A stretch of DNA of 64,000 nt from an uncultured Anaerolineales bacterium (GTDB lineage Bacteria; Chloroflexota; Anaerolineae; Anaerolineales; UBA11858). Of this stretch, positions 28,040 to 37,843 are shown piece by piece (the stretch's first letter is position 1; the number at the start of each line of letters is the position of its first letter). Location: contig CAYFMI010000004.1 in assembly GCA_964344175.1 (NCBI GenBank), positions 5,805 to 69,804 on the forward strand, read 5' to 3'. Position numbers and translations under genes: made by a program. The notes below the pieces were generated by a model. That model searched no databases and had not been told where the DNA came from. It worked only from the letters and a program-made list of their open reading frames with translations.

Positions 28040-28990
28040 TTGCCCAAACATCTAATCCGGGCTGCTGCCTACGGCGGCGAAGGCTGGTCGCCCCGCGCAG
28101 AATCCCATAAAGACGACATTGGCACAATCTGGGAAACATGCGGCATCAACAGCGAGTGGATGCCGCTTAAGGCTGTGTTGCTGCACACTCCTGGTGAGGA
28201 GTGGCAGCACATTCAAAACCCGGATGCCGTCCAAATGTTGGACGCGCCCGATCTTGAAATGGCGCGTCAACAGCACCTCGCTATTACGCAAGTCTATCAG
28301 TCAGCGGGAGTTCAGGTGCATCAAGTCGCGCCCGCTACGGCCCCCTCTCCCAACCTGCTATTCTGTGCGGATCTCATCTTTATGACGCCAGAAGGCGCCA
28401 TTTTGGCGCGCCCCGCTTCAACCGTGCGCGCCGGCGAAGAGCGCTGGGTCGCCCGCCGGCTGGCGGATCTGGGCATTCCCATCGTGCGCACATTGCGCGG
28501 AAAGGCCGTCTTTGAAGGTGCAGACGCCATGTGGATTAACCCCAAGACGGCGCTGATTGGGCGCGGGCTGCGCACCAACCGCCAGGGTGCAGAGCAAGTC
28601 GCCAACACACTCTTGGAAATGGGCGTTAAAACCATCCAAGTGGATTTGCCCGCTGGCTCCATGCACCTGATGGGTATGCTGCGCTTCCTGGATGATAACC
28701 TGGCCGTCGGCTGGCCGTACCGCCTCTCCCACGTCGCCGTAGAAGCACTGCGAGAGCGCGGCTTTCAGGTTGATTTCTTGCCCGATGAAGACGAAGCCCG
28801 TCAGGGCCATGCCCTCAATATCGTCACTCTCGCTCCGCGCGAAATTCTCATGCCAGCAGGGAATCCGCGCACACAGGCCCTATTTCAAAAACACGGCGTG
28901 ACATGCCATACACTCGAGATCGACGAACTCGTCAAAGCTGCCGGAGGCATTGGCTGCCTGACAGGCGTGCTAGAGCGCCAAATGATTTAA
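28040..28990 (+). CDS. guanidino-group modifying enzyme (amidinotransferase/DDAH/arginine deiminase superfamily)
   Basis: Superfamily motifs FEGADAMWINPKTALIGRGLRTN, a His segment (SMHLMGMLRF), and the C-terminal catalytic Cys motif AAGGIGCLTGVL. TTG start 16 nt after the AP2 gene stop. Confidence 0.8.
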   Translation: MPKHLIRAAAYGGEGWSPRAESHKDDIGTIWETCGINSEWMPLKAVLLHTPGEEWQHIQNPDAVQMLDAPDLEMARQQHLAITQVYQSAGVQVHQVAPATAPSPNLLFCADLIFMTPEGAILARPASTVRAGEERWVARRLADLGIPIVRTLRGKAVFEGADAMWINPKTALIGRGLRTNRQGAEQVANTLLEMGVKTIQVDLPAGSMHLMGMLRFLDDNLAVGWPYRLSHVAVEALRERGFQVDFLPDEDEARQGHALNIVTLAPREILMPAGNPRTQALFQKHGVTCHTLEIDELVKAAGGIGCLTGVLERQMI

Positions 28991-29020
28991 TATCAGCAAA
29001 ACCCCAATCGTGCAGAAAAA

Positions 29021-29053
29021 AGCGCTAGAGAATACATCTCTGGCGCTTTTTTC
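29021..29053 (+). terminator. intrinsic terminator
   Basis: Stem GCGCTAGAGA / TCTCTGGCGC (one G-U pair) followed by TTTTTTC. Confidence 0.7.
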
Positions 29054-29294
29054 TATGAACAGGGCTTTCTTAAAGTCGAAACGAAAAGCGCTTTTACCGC
29101 TGAGAGCGCAAAGAACGCAGAGAAAAATTTAAAAAACTCAGCGAACCCGGCGTTCTCTGCGGTAAATTTCTGGTATAGCACAAATTTAAGAAAGCCGTGT
29201 TTCTATGATAATATCCACTTGAAGTCGTCAGAGAATTCTGCAATAATTTTTGGCGATGTCTATTCCCCCGCCATTTTTTTCGAAGGAGAATGCT

Positions 29295-30818
29295 ATGCCT
29301 ATTATCCTAGACGGTTCTCGTCTGACGATCGAAAAAGTCGTTCAGATCGCCCGCTTCAACGCACACGTTGAGTTGCACCCCGATGCTCTCGAACGCATCA
29401 AAGTTTGCCGTCGTATGCTGGAGGAAAAAATCGCAGCCCGCGAGATCATGTATGGGGTCAATACGGGCATCGGCGAGTTTTCCGAAGTTGTATTGACCGA
29501 TGAGCAGACCAAGCAGTTTCAACGCTACTTAATCTACAATCACGCCGCCGGGATCGGCGAGCCAACCCCCATTGAGTATGTGCGCGCCGCCATGGCCGGA
29601 CGGATTAATGTGCATGCCCACGGACGCTCCGGCTGCCGCCCAGAGATCACCTTAACATTGATCAAAATGCTCAACAAAGGGGTTACACCGGTTGTCTGCC
29701 AAAAAGGTTCCGTGGGAGCCAGCGGCGATTTAGCCCCCATGTCGCAAATTGCCCTGCTGCTAATGGGCGAAGGCGAGGCGTTTTTTCAGGGCGAACGTTT
29801 GCCCGGAAAAGACGCCATGCAACGAGCCGGAATTCCCATCCCCGGGCTGAAAGCCCGCGACGGCCTGGCGACAATCAATGGCTCAAACCTGCTCACCGCC
29901 ATGAGCGCCATCCATATTTACGAAATGGAGCGCTGGCTCAAGCAGGCCGAGATTGCTTGCGCCATGACGCTGGAAGCCCTGTATGCAAATTTAAAACCTT
30001 ATGACACCCGTCTGCACGAGGTACGCGGCTTCAGCGGCGCAATCCGCACGGCTCGCACGTTGAATAAGCTTATCGATGGCAGCGATCTGGTCACCGGCAA
30101 AATAAAAGTCAAAGTGCAAGATGCCTACTCCATGCGCTCCACCCCGCAGGTGATCGGCGCAGCGCATGACGCTGTGGCATTTGCCCGCAGCCAGGTCGAA
30201 ACCGAACTCAACGGCGTCGGCGACAACCCGATTTTTTTCCCCGAACATCAGCTCACCATCACCGGGGCCAATTTCCAGGGGACGCCAGTCAGCCTGCCAA
30301 TGGATATGGCCGGGGCCGCCATCACAATGGTATGCGTTCTCGCCGAGCGGCGCTTCAACCGTCTGACCAACCCCGCGCTCAGCGTGGGGCTGCCTCCTTT
30401 CTTGACCAAAGGAGCCGGCCTGATGTCGGGGATGATGCTCAGCCAATACACCGCCGACATGCTGATCGTCGAGCAGCGCATCCTCTCCACGCCGGCCAGC
30501 ATCCAATCGATTCCCGCCGCCGCCGACCAGGAAGATTTTGTCTCAATGGGCATGAACACGGCCATCAAGAATGGGCAAATCCTCGATAACGCCTATGGGG
30601 TCTTAGGAATTGAATTCATGGGCGCAGCCCAGGCGCTAGACTTCCGCGATTTCACGCCCGGGCGCGGGGTGCAAACCGCCAAAGACATCATCCGCCGCCA
30701 TGTTGATTTTCTCGACGAAGACCGACCGCTATACCCCGATCATAATACGATGAAGGCATTGGTCGAATCGGGTGAAATTTTAGATGCGGTGGAGCAAGCG
30801 CTTGGGGTATTAAATTAA
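29295..30818 (+). CDS. MIO-dependent aromatic amino acid ammonia-lyase family enzyme (HAL/PAL/aminomutase class)
   Basis: MIO triad in GSVGASGDLAPMSQ, with YGVNTGIGEF and VQDAYSMRSTPQVIGA. Start at MPIILDG (ATG 29295) after GAAGGAG. The substrate is not assignable from sequence alone. Confidence 0.9.
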   Translation: MPIILDGSRLTIEKVVQIARFNAHVELHPDALERIKVCRRMLEEKIAAREIMYGVNTGIGEFSEVVLTDEQTKQFQRYLIYNHAAGIGEPTPIEYVRAAMAGRINVHAHGRSGCRPEITLTLIKMLNKGVTPVVCQKGSVGASGDLAPMSQIALLLMGEGEAFFQGERLPGKDAMQRAGIPIPGLKARDGLATINGSNLLTAMSAIHIYEMERWLKQAEIACAMTLEALYANLKPYDTRLHEVRGFSGAIRTARTLNKLIDGSDLVTGKIKVKVQDAYSMRSTPQVIGAAHDAVAFARSQVETELNGVGDNPIFFPEHQLTITGANFQGTPVSLPMDMAGAAITMVCVLAERRFNRLTNPALSVGLPPFLTKGAGLMSGMMLSQYTADMLIVEQRILSTPASIQSIPAAADQEDFVSMGMNTAIKNGQILDNAYGVLGIEFMGAAQALDFRDFTPGRGVQTAKDIIRRHVDFLDEDRPLYPDHNTMKALVESGEILDAVEQALGVLN

Positions 30819-31025
30819 CGCAAGTCGCTGCCGGGTTCAATCATCTTTCGTCTGCGACGCCCAAAGACAAAGCCGCGGTCTGCCTGAGCGGAGGCTAAGT
30901 GTATCGAAGCGGAAGTCGAAGGTTGGCTGTGGCGTCTCCACTCAGGATAAGAACCATCAAGGTAACAACTAAAGATAAATTTAGGCCACCCACCCGATTT
31001 CAGCACCTGTTGACCGACCCGCCCC

Positions 31026-31817
31026 ATGCGACTCTTCTGGGAATTAACCAAACTCTCCTTTCAGCGCCATCTAACCTACCGCGCCGCCGCCATCGCCGGG
31101 TTGGTGACAAATTTCTTCTTTGGCATTCTACGGGCGGCAATTCTGGTTGCGCTCTACGATCAGCAGACCGAAGTCCAGGGCCTCAGCCTGCAAGGGGCCA
31201 TCACCTTCGCGGCGTTGTCGCAAGCCTTCATCGGCTATTTAAATCTGTTCTCCTGGTATGACCTGATGGAGAGCGTTTATACCGGGGATATTTCTTCGGA
31301 CTTGCTCAAACCGATGAATTACTTCACCTTCTGGCTGGCGCAAGATTTAGGCCGCGCCCTGATCAATTTACTATTGCGCGGTCTGATATTGGTAGCCGGG
31401 TATACGATCATCTTCGAACTCGTCTGGCCGCATAACCTGGCACAAGCCCTGGCAGTATTGATCGGGTTGATACTGAGTTGGCTGGTCAGCTTTTCGTGGC
31501 GCTTTCTGATCAATCTCTCCGCCTTGTGGACACCCAACGGACGCGGCATTTTGCGCTTCTTCTTCGTTTTCTCGTGGTTTTTCTCCGGCTTCCTAATGCC
31601 CCTGCGCCTGTACCCTAATTGGGCACAAGCTCTCGCCCGTTTGACCCCCTTCCCTTCTATGCTTAACAGCACGGTTGAGATTTACCTCAATATCCTGAGC
31701 GGGCCGCAAGCGCTGCTGGCGCTATTCGCCCAACTGCTTTGGGCCGGGGCGCTGATTGCCGCCGGGCAACTCGTGCTGCGAGCCGGGGTGCGGCGGTTGG
31801 TCATTTTAGGCGGATAG
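31026..31817 (+). CDS. ABC-2 family transporter permease (ABC2_membrane_6/DUF990-like)
   Basis: Six predicted TM segments. N-terminus MRLFWELTKLSFQRHLTYRAAAIAG is typical of this permease family. First gene of a two-permease plus ATPase set. Confidence 0.8.
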   Translation: MRLFWELTKLSFQRHLTYRAAAIAGLVTNFFFGILRAAILVALYDQQTEVQGLSLQGAITFAALSQAFIGYLNLFSWYDLMESVYTGDISSDLLKPMNYFTFWLAQDLGRALINLLLRGLILVAGYTIIFELVWPHNLAQALAVLIGLILSWLVSFSWRFLINLSALWTPNGRGILRFFFVFSWFFSGFLMPLRLYPNWAQALARLTPFPSMLNSTVEIYLNILSGPQALLALFAQLLWAGALIAAGQLVLRAGVRRLVILGG

Positions 31818-31819
31818 CA

Positions 31820-32629
31820 ATGAAGCATACCCTGAACCTTTACCGCCGCCTTCTAGGTGTGCAAATCCGCTCACAGATGCAGTACCGCGTCTCCTTTGGT
31901 ATGGAGTTGATCGGCACGGGCATGATTGCGCTTTTCGAGTACGCTTCGCTGGCGCTGGTCTTCGAGCGCTTCGACAACCTGGGCGGCTGGACGCTTGGAC
32001 AGGTGGCCTTCCTTTACGGGATAGCTGAATTCGCCTTTGGGATCATGGACATGGTCTTCGCCGGGTTTGATCCCGCCACCTTTGGGCTGGGGGTGCGGCG
32101 GGGCAGTTTCGACCAACTATTACTGCGCCCGATCAACATCACCGCACAAGTACTCGGTTCGGAACTCACTCTGCGGCGGGTTGGCAAGATCATTGTCGGG
32201 GCGGGCATTTTCGCCTCTGCGCTGGCCCTCAACCCGGTGGCCTGGACTCCGCTCAAAGCGCTGCTGGCCGCCCTCATCGTCATTAGTCAGGTGGCCTTCT
32301 TTGGCGGGCTATTCATCATCGGGGCGACGATCACTTTCTGGACGGTCGAATCCATCGAAGTCATCAATATTTTCACCTATGGCGGCACGTATATGATCTC
32401 ACATCCCATGCACATTTTCCCCACCGCCATGCGCCATTTTTTCACCTATATCATCCCGGCCATTTTTCTGGCCTATTATCCGGCGCTCTATATTCTTGAG
32501 CTGCCCGACCCCTTCGGGATGCCCATCTTCGCGCCGTGGCTGGCGCCGCTGGCCGGGTTTAGCGCTTTGGCAGCAGGGCTGTCTTTTTGGCGTTTTGGCA
32601 TCCGTCATTATCAAAGCACGGGAACCTAG
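31820..32629 (+). CDS. ABC-2 family transporter permease (second subunit)
   Basis: Start at MKHTLNLYRRLLGVQIRSQMQYR (ATG 31820), 2 nt after the previous stop. Multi-TM paralogous permease. Confidence 0.8.
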   Translation: MKHTLNLYRRLLGVQIRSQMQYRVSFGMELIGTGMIALFEYASLALVFERFDNLGGWTLGQVAFLYGIAEFAFGIMDMVFAGFDPATFGLGVRRGSFDQLLLRPINITAQVLGSELTLRRVGKIIVGAGIFASALALNPVAWTPLKALLAALIVISQVAFFGGLFIIGATITFWTVESIEVINIFTYGGTYMISHPMHIFPTAMRHFFTYIIPAIFLAYYPALYILELPDPFGMPIFAPWLAPLAGFSALAAGLSFWRFGIRHYQSTGT

Positions 32630-32661
32630 GTGGCGACAGGTTGAAAGTTGAAGGTTGAAGG

Positions 32662-33651
32662 ATGCCAATAATCCAGGTTGAAAAGCTTTCCAAACAATTC
32701 AAGGTATTTAAACATCATCACGGGGCGTGGGGTGCGCTGCGCAATCTGTTTACGCGGCAATACACGGTAGTGCAAGCGGTGGATGAGATCAGCTTTGAAA
32801 TTGGGCGCGGCGAAATCGTAGGCTATATCGGCCCTAATGGAGCGGGGAAATCGACCACCATCAAAATGCTAACCGGATTACTGGTCCCGACGGGCGGTCA
32901 ACTCTCGGTGATGGGCCTGCTCCCGTGGAAGAAGCGTCAGACCTATGTCGCCAGGGTGGGAGCCGTGTTTGGGCAGCGCACCACCCTTTGGTGGGATCTG
33001 CCAGTGATTGAGTCGCTGAACTTGCTGAAGTATATCTATAAGATTCCGGCACGGCGGTTTGAGAACAATCTCAATGAGTTCCGCGAGACGTTAGAATTAG
33101 ACCCCTTTCTCGAAACGCCGGTGCGCGCCCTTTCATTGGGACAGCGCATGCGCGCCGACATTTGCGCCGCGCTGCTGCATGACCCCGAGATTCTCTTTCT
33201 TGATGAGCCAACCATCGGCCTGGATGTGGTCGCCAAGCAACGCATCCGCGACTTTATCCAAGCGGTCAATAGGGGGCGCGGCACAACCGTCATCCTGACC
33301 ACCCATGATCTCTCCGATGTCGAAAAACTTTGCCGCCGGGTGATGATTATCGATCACGGCCAATTACTTTTCGACGGCCAACTCGAAACCCTCAAGACGC
33401 GCTTTGGGGGGCAGCGCCAGCTACTGGTTGATTATGCCGAACGCTACGCGGATTGTGAAGTGGAGGGCGCCAGAATCATCGCAAGGGATGGGCTGCGCGT
33501 CACCTATGGTTTTCAGCGCGGCAGCGTGACAGCCTCGGCGCTTATCGGGCGGCTCTCAGCAAAATTCCGTATTCAGGATTTAGAAGTACGCGAACCCGAT
33601 ATCGAAGAAACCATCCGGCGGATTTACGAGGAGAGATTGCTAGAAAGTTAG
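32662..33651 (+). CDS. ABC transporter ATP-binding protein
   Basis: Walker A GPNGAGKST, signature LSLGQRMR, Walker B LFLDEPTIGLD, plus a C-terminal accessory domain. Confidence 0.92.
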   Translation: MPIIQVEKLSKQFKVFKHHHGAWGALRNLFTRQYTVVQAVDEISFEIGRGEIVGYIGPNGAGKSTTIKMLTGLLVPTGGQLSVMGLLPWKKRQTYVARVGAVFGQRTTLWWDLPVIESLNLLKYIYKIPARRFENNLNEFRETLELDPFLETPVRALSLGQRMRADICAALLHDPEILFLDEPTIGLDVVAKQRIRDFIQAVNRGRGTTVILTTHDLSDVEKLCRRVMIIDHGQLLFDGQLETLKTRFGGQRQLLVDYAERYADCEVEGARIIARDGLRVTYGFQRGSVTASALIGRLSAKFRIQDLEVREPDIEETIRRIYEERLLES

Positions 33652-33765
33652 CAGGGAAACTCGTTGACCGATTGGAAATCAGCTTACAAACTTACCACCT
33701 TCCAACCTGCCCCCCCACCCTGCTGATATAATTCTTACACAGACACCCTTTATTGGAGAGCCATT

Positions 33766-34521
33766 GTGAACAACAACACCTACATCCCTGAAAGCGCCAT
33801 GGTCATCATGGCCCATCCCGATGACCCTGAATTTTCATGTGCCGGGAGCGTTGCCCGCTGGGCCAAAGCCGGGGCGCGCATTTCTTATGTTTTGTGCACC
33901 AGCGGCGATGTGGGCATTGCCGAACCCGGCATGACTCGCTCGCAAGCTGCGCAGATCCGCGAATCTGAGGAGCAGGCTGCCGCCGAGATCCTGGGTGTGC
34001 AGGAGGTTGTTTTCCTGCGTGAGCCGGACGGCATGCTCCAGGCCACGCTGGATTTGCGCAAAAAGTTGGTGCGTGAGATCCGCCGCTTTCGCCCGGAGGT
34101 GATTATCACCGGCGACCCCACCGTTGTATGGGCCTCCGACCGCTATATCAACCACCCCGACCACCGCGCAGCCGCCACTGCCGCCCTGGATGCCACCTTC
34201 CCCGCGGCCGGGCAACCTAATCTCTTTGAAGAACTCGAAGAAGAGGGCTTAAGCGCCCATAAGCCGCGCAAGGTTTTCGTGACCACCTGGGGAGAAGTGG
34301 ATCTGTATGTCAATATCAGCGAAACAATGGATCTTAAAGTTGAGGCATTGCGCGCCCATAAAAGTCAGATCAAAGACGACTCTGCCGCCGAACGCGTCCG
34401 CGAATGGGCCGCGTTGCGCGGCAAAGGCAAAGAGATGGCCTACGCCGAGGCGTTCCGCGTGATCACCCTGGTGGACGATGAAGCCTGGGAGAAAACGAAG
34501 GGACGCGTATTGCCAGATTAA
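33766..34521 (+). CDS. PIG-L/LmbE family N-acetylglucosaminyl deacetylase
   Basis: Signature AHPDDPEF near the N-terminus and HPDH downstream. GTG start. Confidence 0.85.
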   Translation: MNNNTYIPESAMVIMAHPDDPEFSCAGSVARWAKAGARISYVLCTSGDVGIAEPGMTRSQAAQIRESEEQAAAEILGVQEVVFLREPDGMLQATLDLRKKLVREIRRFRPEVIITGDPTVVWASDRYINHPDHRAAATAALDATFPAAGQPNLFEELEEEGLSAHKPRKVFVTTWGEVDLYVNISETMDLKVEALRAHKSQIKDDSAAERVREWAALRGKGKEMAYAEAFRVITLVDDEAWEKTKGRVLPD

Positions 34522-34560
34522 GATAAAAAAGCCAATAATTCGCGAAGGAGAAAACTCATT

Positions 34561-35070
34561 ATGGACATCTCACAAGTTATCCAACAACGTTATAGTGTGC
34601 GCGGCTACAAATCCGATCCCGTCGAAGATGCCAAGCTGCAATTAATTCTGGAGGCTGCCCGGCGCGCCCCCACCGCCGCCAATATGCAGCCCTTCCAACT
34701 CATTGTCATCCACACCGAAGGCCGCTCGGCAGAACTACGCCGCATGTACGACCGCGATTGGTTCACAAGCGCACCAATTGTCATCGTGGTTTGCAATATC
34801 CCATCCCAGGCCTGGGTGCGCGACGATAAAGAAAATTACAGCGTTGTGGATGTTGCCATTGTCATGGATCATCTGATTTTGCAGGCCACGGCCCTCGGGC
34901 TGGGGACATGCTGGATTGGGGCCTTCAACGCCGAAGCCACTCGTGAAATTCTGGGGCTGCCAGAGGGTGTTAATCCTGTGGTCATGACCCCCCTGGGCTA
35001 TCCCGACGCCCCGCCGCGCGGCACACAGCGCAAGGCGCTCGATGAGCTGGTCCGCTATGAGCGCTGGTAA
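34561..35070 (+). CDS. nitroreductase family protein
   Basis: RYSVRGY and RRAPTAANMQP motifs and a size (169 aa) typical of small FMN nitroreductases. Confidence 0.85.
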   Translation: MDISQVIQQRYSVRGYKSDPVEDAKLQLILEAARRAPTAANMQPFQLIVIHTEGRSAELRRMYDRDWFTSAPIVIVVCNIPSQAWVRDDKENYSVVDVAIVMDHLILQATALGLGTCWIGAFNAEATREILGLPEGVNPVVMTPLGYPDAPPRGTQRKALDELVRYERW

Positions 35071-35091
35071 CGGGCCAAAATCGGAGTTCTC

Positions 35092-36213
35092 ATGCGCATC
35101 CGCCAAATTGATCTGCACAACCCCAAAGACGTTCGTCAGTTTATTCAATTCCCCTTCAACTTATACCGCCAGAATCCCTACTGGGTTCCGCCCATGTTGG
35201 GAGAAATGAAAGCCACCCTCGACCCCGCGCAGCATCCTTTTTACCAGCACAGCCAGGCGGCCTTTTTCATCGCTGAAAAGAGTGACAAAACACTCGCCCG
35301 CATTGCCATTCTCGACAATAAACGCTACCGCGCCAACAGCGCCACAGATACCGGGTTGTTCTATTTCTTCGAAACCGTGGACGACCTCGAAGCGGCTCAG
35401 GCCGTCGTTGAGGCCGGAGCGCAATGGGCCAAAGCACAGGGTATCACTGCTCTGATTGGCCCAAAAGGGTTCGCCCAGGGCGACAGCATAGGGATGTTAG
35501 CGGAGGGCTTCGACTATATTCCGGCGATGGGCATTGCCTACAATATGGACTACTACCCCCGCCTGATGGAATCCCTCGGCTTCACCAAAGAATCCGACTT
35601 GCTCTCCGGGCACATTGACCGCGACACGTTTGAACTGCCTGCGCGCGTCCACGAATTGGCACGGCGCGTTCAAGAACGGCGCGGCATCCAGGCGCGCCGC
35701 TTCGAAACCAAAGACGAGTTGCGCCAATGGATCCCGCAGGTGCGAGAAGTCTATAACCAGGCCTTCGCCACCGTGCCCGAGTTTGTGCCCATCACCGAGG
35801 CCGAAGTCTGGCTAATTGCCGAGCGCATTCTCTCGATTGCCGACCCACGCCTGATCAAATTAGTTTTCAAAGAAGACGCCCTGATCGGGTTCATGTTTGC
35901 CTACCCCAATATTAACCGGGGCATGCAAAAAGCCCGCGGGCGCATCTGGCCCCTGGGCTGGTGGCACCTGATGCGCGAGTTCAAGCGCACTAAGTGGCTC
36001 GACCTCAACGGCATTGGCTTGTTGCCAAACCATCAGGGCGTCGGCGCAACTGCGGTGCTTTTCAGCGAACTCGAAAAAACCATTCGTTATGAACGCTACC
36101 AGTATGCCGACATTGTGCAGGTAAATGAGTTCAACCTGAAAAGTTTCATGGAAATCGACCATTTAGGCGTCAGGTGGCACAAAAAGCATCGCGTGTATAC
36201 AAAAGTTATCTAG
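35092..36213 (+). CDS. GNAT-like N-acyltransferase family protein (uncharacterised 370-aa class)
   Basis: C-terminal half carries an acetyl-CoA-type motif (NHQGVGATAVLF). The N-terminus (YRQNPYWVPPMLGE) matches a conserved uncharacterised family that I recognise only loosely. Confidence 0.6.
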   Translation: MRIRQIDLHNPKDVRQFIQFPFNLYRQNPYWVPPMLGEMKATLDPAQHPFYQHSQAAFFIAEKSDKTLARIAILDNKRYRANSATDTGLFYFFETVDDLEAAQAVVEAGAQWAKAQGITALIGPKGFAQGDSIGMLAEGFDYIPAMGIAYNMDYYPRLMESLGFTKESDLLSGHIDRDTFELPARVHELARRVQERRGIQARRFETKDELRQWIPQVREVYNQAFATVPEFVPITEAEVWLIAERILSIADPRLIKLVFKEDALIGFMFAYPNINRGMQKARGRIWPLGWWHLMREFKRTKWLDLNGIGLLPNHQGVGATAVLFSELEKTIRYERYQYADIVQVNEFNLKSFMEIDHLGVRWHKKHRVYTKVI

Positions 36214-36254
36214 CTCTTCGAGGCTTGAAGACTCGAAGGCGTCCAGGAGATGAT

Positions 36255-36665
36255 ATGTTAAAAATTGGCGACTCGGCCTCACTTACCAAAACCTTCAGCG
36301 ATGAAGATGTGCGCACTTTCGCGCAAATTTCGGGGGATGTCAACCCTGTTCATTTAGATGACGAGTACGCCGCGGGGACTCGCTTCGGAGCGCGGCTGGT
36401 GCACGGCATTCTCACCTCGGGGTTGATCTCGGCAGTGTTGGGGACTCTGCTTCCGGGGCCGGGGAGCGTCTACATCCAACAGACGCTCAAATTCCGCGCC
36501 CCGGTCTACATCGGCGACACCATCACCGCCAGGGTGACTCTCGCCAAATTACGGACAGACAAGCCGATCGCCACCTTCGAGACCGTCTGCACCAATCAGG
36601 ATAGCGCTACGGTGCTTGATGGAGAAGCTGTGTTGTTGCTGCCCAAAAAGGAAGAGAAATCATGA
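36255..36665 (+). CDS. MaoC-like (R)-specific enoyl-CoA hydratase / hot-dog dehydratase
   Basis: Hydratase motif GDVNPVHLD and the hot-dog size. AGGAGA RBS before ATG 36255. Confidence 0.85.
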   Translation: MLKIGDSASLTKTFSDEDVRTFAQISGDVNPVHLDDEYAAGTRFGARLVHGILTSGLISAVLGTLLPGPGSVYIQQTLKFRAPVYIGDTITARVTLAKLRTDKPIATFETVCTNQDSATVLDGEAVLLLPKKEEKS

Positions 36666-37843
36666 ATTTTGATGAGTATGTTGATCGCAGCCAATTCCCG
36701 ACAATGAAGTGGAGCAAGACATTCCTTGCAGAGCATTTCGGCAATGAAGCAGCCATTCCCATGTCGGTGGCCGATATGGATCTGAGAGCGCCTCTCGCGG
36801 TGACAGAGCATCTCCAAAGACGGGTAGCGCACGGAATATATGGGTACGAATTTAAACCCGATAGCTATTTCGAAGCGCTTACATCATGGTATCAAAATAG
36901 ATCCAAATGGAACATAAACCGAGAGCATATTGAGCCATGCCCATCTATATTGAGCGCCATATCCATTTTGATCAGCCAACATTCGCAAGAAGGCGACGGC
37001 ATCATCCTTCAGCCCCCCGTATTTTTTGAGTTCAAATCGGTCATCCGGAGTAGCCGAAGGAAGATCGTCAAAAACCCGCTAAAACTATTCAATGGGCATT
37101 ATCAAATCGATTTTGACGACCTGGAAATCAAAGCCTCAGATCCAAACACAAAGATATTGATATTGTGCAACCCGCATAATCCTGTTGGCCGAGTTTGGAC
37201 AGAAGTAGAGCTTCGGCAAGTAGCAGAGATCTGTGAACGCCATGGTGTCTTTGTCATCGCAGATGAAATTCATGGTGATTTTGCCTTACCCCCACACCAA
37301 TACACCCCCTATTTGAGTATCTCTAAAAATGCCGCACAAAATGGGGCTGCTTGTATTTCGCCAGCTAAAACTTTTAATATTTCCGGGATGGTTGATGCAA
37401 TCACCATTATCCCCAACGAAGCATACCGCCATCAGTTCCATGAATTTGCTCATCGTTACCAAATCAACAAAGTAAATGTTTTTGCTTCCGCTGCGACAGA
37501 AGCCGCTTATCGGAATAGCGCCGAATGGTTAGACGCTCTGCTGGTTTACATCCAGGGCAACATTGATTTGATTCGGAAATTTTTTGAGCAGAATAGTGTC
37601 CCGGTTTCGTTGATTGAACCTGAAGGGACATTTTTAGCTTGGCTTGATTTTAGAGAACTTGATTTTGGGGCCAAAGAACTGGGGAAATTTCTTGCGACCA
37701 AAGCGGATCTGGCGCTCAGCCCTGGGCACTGGTTTGGGAGAGAGGGGGCCGGTTTTGCCCGAATGACCATCGGCTGCCCGCGCGAGACAATCCAACAGGC
37801 TCTTGAGAATCTACATGTTGCAGTCGAGGAACTGCACCGCTAA
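36662..37843 (+). CDS. PLP-dependent C-S lyase / aminotransferase (MalY/PatB type)
   Basis: Class I/II aminotransferase fold with PLP-lysine motif SPAKTFNISG and LCNPHNPVGRVW. ATGA overlap with the MaoC gene. Visibly more A/T-rich than its neighbours. Confidence 0.88.
   Translation: MNFDEYVDRSQFPTMKWSKTFLAEHFGNEAAIPMSVADMDLRAPLAVTEHLQRRVAHGIYGYEFKPDSYFEALTSWYQNRSKWNINREHIEPCPSILSAISILISQHSQEGDGIILQPPVFFEFKSVIRSSRRKIVKNPLKLFNGHYQIDFDDLEIKASDPNTKILILCNPHNPVGRVWTEVELRQVAEICERHGVFVIADEIHGDFALPPHQYTPYLSISKNAAQNGAACISPAKTFNISGMVDAITIIPNEAYRHQFHEFAHRYQINKVNVFASAATEAAYRNSAEWLDALLVYIQGNIDLIRKFFEQNSVPVSLIEPEGTFLAWLDFRELDFGAKELGKFLATKADLALSPGHWFGREGAGFARMTIGCPRETIQQALENLHVAVEELHR

Noticed and set aside
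30819-31025. Possible riboswitch (guanidine classes considered, given the neighbouring guanidino enzyme) in the 207-bp gap before the ABC-2 permease genes
   Set aside because: An 11-bp imperfect helix (CCTGAGCGGAG / CTCCACTCAGG) exists. However, none of the ykkC, mini-ykkC or guanidine-III signature sequences (for example ACGR loops or conserved GGGA/ACGR blocks) could be found by eye. This would need cmscan.
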